From Desulfatiglandales bacterium (GTDB lineage: Bacteria; Desulfobacterota; DSM-4660; Desulfatiglandales; Desulfatiglandaceae): DNA of 64,000 nt. Both the position numbers and the translations under genes were made by a program. Positions 60,879 through 64,000 of this stretch are shown in pieces. The notes under the pieces are model-generated. The model saw only the letters and a list, made by a program, of their open reading frames with translations. It had not been told where the DNA came from and did not search any database. Numbering within the stretch: position 1 is the stretch's first letter; each line of letters opens with the position of its first letter. The stretch spans positions 2,528,001 to 2,592,000 of the forward strand of contig OY762721.1 of assembly GCA_963666345.1 (NCBI GenBank). The letters are read 5' to 3'.

Positions 60879-61671
60879 TCATATTCTCCTTAAGATCCTG
60901 TTTCTTTTTAACTGGTTGTGGGTAATAGCCCAGGTTGTATGAGATTTCTCCTGCCGCACCTCTCAGCTCACCGGCTAGGGTTTCAATTTGATCCCCGAGC
61001 ACCTTTACCGTGAGGCCTGACAGACTGATGGCCCCGAGCGGTCTGCCTTCCGGGCCCAGGATAGGAACACCGAGGCCGGATTGACCCAGAAGTGCTTCTT
61101 CCTCGGAAATGGAATAGCCCCGCTCTTTAGTCGTATCAAGTTCCTTCCTGATATCATTGACGTCGGTAATGGTGCGTGGTGTATAGGGTAGAGGGACAAG
61201 AGAATCCAGGTATCCATCCAGTTCCTCCTTTGAGACCGAAGAGAGAAAGGCCTTTCCCAGGGCCGTGCAGTATGCGGGAACTCGAGGGCCAAGCCGGCTC
61301 GGCTGCTCTGCGTGAGCCATCGGGGTGGATTGAAGGGATACGAGTATGGAGTCCCTATCCCAGATCCCTATCCTGCAAACAACACCGGCGTCATTTGCCA
61401 GCCGGCAGGCTATCTCTCTTCCTTCCCTGTTTATCCTCAGGTTCTTTACGACAATTCCACCCAGCTCAATATATTTGGCTGCCAGCATGTAATGGGCCTT
61501 TTTTTTGTCATAATCGAGATAGCCTGTTTCCCGCATGGTTGTCATGATTCCGTAGGCTGTTGCCTTGGCAAGTCCGAGTTCTTTTGAAACCTCCGCTAGA
61601 GTTAGTACCGGCTTGTTTGAGCTGAAAAGGGATAAAATGGAAAATGCGCGGCTGACGGATTGTATTGGCAT
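60871..61671 (-). CDS. IclR family transcriptional regulator
   Basis: IQSVSRAFSIL HTH, YCTALGKA, YTPRT, RGYS. Confidence 0.93.
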   Translation of the reverse strand: MPIQSVSRAFSILSLFSSNKPVLTLAEVSKELGLAKATAYGIMTTMRETGYLDYDKKKAHYMLAAKYIELGGIVVKNLRINREGREIACRLANDAGVVCRIGIWDRDSILVSLQSTPMAHAEQPSRLGPRVPAYCTALGKAFLSSVSKEELDGYLDSLVPLPYTPRTITDVNDIRKELDTTKERGYSISEEEALLGQSGLGVPILGPEGRPLGAISLSGLTVKVLGDQIETLAGELRGAAGEISYNLGYYPQPVKKKQDLKENMNE

Positions 61672-61702
61672 GAGTCCTCCTTATAATGTCGAATGGTATA
61701 CG

Positions 61703-61731
61703 ATTATATTTTATGCAAAAAGTCATGTCAA
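61703..61731 (-). promoter_or_regulatory. consensus sigma70 promoter of iclR-comA-tctCBA
   Basis: Minus strand TTGACA (61731-61726), 17 bp, TATAAT (61708-61703); GGAGG SD before ATG. Confidence 0.8.
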
Positions 61732-61829
61732 ACAAAAATCCAATTTTCCGTTAATATCATGTAATATATTGAAACAACTATTATTATAGCTAAATAAATG
61801 GAATAATACTCTTGATTTGAAAGAGTTTC

Positions 61830-61859
61830 TTGACAGCAGAAAGAAAAAATAAATAGAAT
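61830..61859 (+). promoter_or_regulatory. sigma70 promoter of sulfatase-like operon
   Basis: TTGACA (61830-61835), 18 bp, TAGAAT (61854-61859). Confidence 0.65.
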
Positions 61860-61923
61860 ATCATTCGATAATGTTTAATACCAAATTGAAATATGACTGA
61901 ATTAAGAAAGGAGTATATCGCAA

Positions 61924-63339
61924 ATGAACCTTATTTTGGTTATCATCGATTCTCTCAGAAAAGATCATGTGGGTGCCTATGGCAATGAATGGATACATAC
62001 CCCTAATCTGGACAGCTTTTTTTCAGAGAGCATGAGGTTTACCAGTGCCTATCCTGAATCGCTTCCCACACTTCCGATGCGGAGGTCGATACATACCGGC
62101 ATCAGGACATTTCCCTTCAGAGGCTGGAAGGGACAGCCCACAAGCTATCCTCTTACCACAATGTTCGGGTCCAAGGTCTGGATCCCCGGCTGGACCGCCA
62201 TACCGTGGGAGCAGAAGACCCTTGCCGAGCATCTCAATGAATACAATTACGATTCCGGCTATTTTACAGACTGTTTTCATCAGGACTATGCGGGAATGAA
62301 CTTTCACCGGGGATTTCACGCCTGGGAGATGATCCGGGGGCAGGAGTGGGACTGCTGGAAGACCGATCCCGGAATGGCAAAAAGCGACATCGCGGCAAAG
62401 CATTTCACAAAGGGCATGGAATGGGAAAAGCGCAAGACATGGGAGCTTACCAGGTATCTTACAAACAACAGCCATCGTCAGAGCGAAGAGGACTATTTCC
62501 CGGCCCAGGTGTTCAGGGCCGCCACCCGCTGGATTGAAAAAAACAGGGACGCTGAGAATATCTTCGCGTGTGTCGACTGCTTTGATCCTCATGAACCTTG
62601 GGATCCCCCGAAACATTACAGGGAGCTTTATGATCCGGGATACAAGGGAACGGAGGTGATAATGCCGCTGTATTATGACAAGGCGGACAAGTACCTTACA
62701 CCTGAGGAGCTTAACCATATGAAGGCCATGTATGCGGGCGAATGCAGCATGGTGGATCGCTGGTTCGGTTTCTTTATGGATACGGTAAGACTCCTGGGGC
62801 TTGACAAAAATTCCATTATAGTAGTTACAAGTGATCACGGCCACCAGCTGGGGGAAAAGAACATGACGGGAAAGCTTCCCTGGGGGTTAATGCCCTGTCT
62901 GCTTGACCTGGTTATGGGGATACGCCATCCGCAAGGCGAAGGTGCTGGAAAGACCTGTGACGCCTATGCCATGAATCATGATATCATGCCTACCGTTCTT
63001 TCCATGATGGGTATTGATGTACCTGATCAGTGCGAGGGTGAGAACCTGTGGCCTGTCGCCATGGGGAAGGAAAACTCCAAGCGCGATCATGTGAGCACTA
63101 TTTTCAAGGATTACCTATGGACCGCGAATGATTCCTGGGCCCTGATTACAAGAAACAACAAGACCGAGATGGAACTCTACGACATTAAAAAGGACCCTGA
63201 ATATTTAAAAGACGTGTCGGCTGATCACCCGGAGGTGGTTGAACAGATGTGGAAAACCCTTCTTGAGGATGCAGGAGGTGACATCCCGATACCTGAAGGT
63301 GCAAGTGAGGCGATACTCGAAAAGGGCGGTATGAAGTAG
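61924..63339 (+). CDS. sulfatase-like alkaline-phosphatase-superfamily hydrolase with Thr at nucleophile position
   Basis: IIDSLRKD, TPNLD, TLPMRRSIHTG (T-x-P-x-R), DPHEPW, TSDHG, ELYD. Confidence 0.85.
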   Translation: MNLILVIIDSLRKDHVGAYGNEWIHTPNLDSFFSESMRFTSAYPESLPTLPMRRSIHTGIRTFPFRGWKGQPTSYPLTTMFGSKVWIPGWTAIPWEQKTLAEHLNEYNYDSGYFTDCFHQDYAGMNFHRGFHAWEMIRGQEWDCWKTDPGMAKSDIAAKHFTKGMEWEKRKTWELTRYLTNNSHRQSEEDYFPAQVFRAATRWIEKNRDAENIFACVDCFDPHEPWDPPKHYRELYDPGYKGTEVIMPLYYDKADKYLTPEELNHMKAMYAGECSMVDRWFGFFMDTVRLLGLDKNSIIVVTSDHGHQLGEKNMTGKLPWGLMPCLLDLVMGIRHPQGEGAGKTCDAYAMNHDIMPTVLSMMGIDVPDQCEGENLWPVAMGKENSKRDHVSTIFKDYLWTANDSWALITRNNKTEMELYDIKKDPEYLKDVSADHPEVVEQMWKTLLEDAGGDIPIPEGASEAILEKGGMK

Positions 63340-63363
63340 GGACCTTTTAAAGGGGCAGCACTT

Positions 63364-64000
63364 ATGGAACTGAATTTTTTCCCCATATTACTTCTGGGAA
63401 TACTCTGGTTTATAGGAACCCGTTTCTGGCCTTGTGTCCATGAAACGGGTGTAACCCTTTATGACAGGGAAAGGGCCTTTGATGGTTTTACACTCTGGGC
63501 TCCGCTTGAGGCGGATAACAGCGGGATAGAGCCCTGGCAGAGACCCGGCATGGTTTATCTCATGAATATGAATGGGGATTGTGTCCATTCATGGAATACC
63601 CCCTTTCCTGTCTGTTATGCGCGCCTTGAAAAAGACGGACATATTGTCACGGGGATGAGAAGCGGTGATGCCTCGGATCCGGAAAGGCCCGGCATAGGCG
63701 GATACCCGATGGGGGGGGCCACCGGATGGCTCTGGGAGCTTGATTGGGAAGGAAACACCCTTTTCAGCCATTTTGATCCATGCATGCACCATGATTTCCG
63801 CAGGCTTGAGAATGGAAATTACATCTATCTCGGATGGGAAAAGGTGCCTGCTGATCTTGCCTTAAGCATAAGAGGCGGATTTTCAGGCAGCGAACATGCA
63901 GGAGGGGTTATCTTCAGCGACTATATCAGGGAAATAGATCCTTCAGGAAATATCACGTGGGAGTGGCATGCCACGGGTCACATGGACACTGATACGGATA
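63364..64000 (+). CDS. aryl-sulfate sulfotransferase (ASST)-like beta-propeller protein, truncated by window end
   Basis: Own translation from ATG 63364, open to end: TGVTLYDRERAFDGFTL, VYLMNMNGDCVHSW, ELDWEG, MHHDFRRLENGN, EIDPSGNITWEW. Confidence 0.8.
   Translation, partial: MELNFFPILLLGILWFIGTRFWPCVHETGVTLYDRERAFDGFTLWAPLEADNSGIEPWQRPGMVYLMNMNGDCVHSWNTPFPVCYARLEKDGHIVTGMRSGDASDPERPGIGGYPMGGATGWLWELDWEGNTLFSHFDPCMHHDFRRLENGNYIYLGWEKVPADLALSIRGGFSGSEHAGGVIFSDYIREIDPSGNITWEWHATGHMDTDTD

Noticed and set aside
62023..62844. 273 aa antisense ORF inside the sulfatase-like gene
   Set aside because: Shadow ORF; the + strand carries clear motifs

Overview
Chromosomal window from an anaerobic Gram-negative bacterium, most likely Desulfobacterota/deltaproteobacterial (inferred from gene content and repeat style). 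1-36 kb is housekeeping backbone: moaA, priA, plsC, mtgA, mazG, cvpA, a double-length uvrA, yjgA, an HcpR-like regulator with a perfectly placed TTGAC-N4-GTCAA box, ftsH-folP-coaX-ldcA-mfd, PPIases, rodZ, tyrS, rpoH and TPR/LolB-like genes, plus a nested MITE-like element. 36.4-56.9 kb is a surface-glycan/LPS locus unusually rich in methyltransferases. It contains an AT-richer ~7.8 kb cassette bounded by ~80-90 bp direct repeats with a 26 bp exact core. The cassette carries ATP-grasp ligase, SDR, two O-methyltransferases, a GtrB-like GT2 and, unexpectedly, 3-dehydroquinate synthase plus class II DAHP synthase. It sits between wecE/flippase and a GT-C-like membrane transferase, suggesting an undescribed quinate-type acylation of a surface amino sugar. 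57-64 kb is a divergent iclR-comA-tctCBA / Thr-type sulfatase-arylsulfotransferase unit, a candidate organosulfur uptake and desulfonation system. No tRNA, rRNA or CRISPR array was recognised. All functional calls come from motif recognition by eye; no searches were run.
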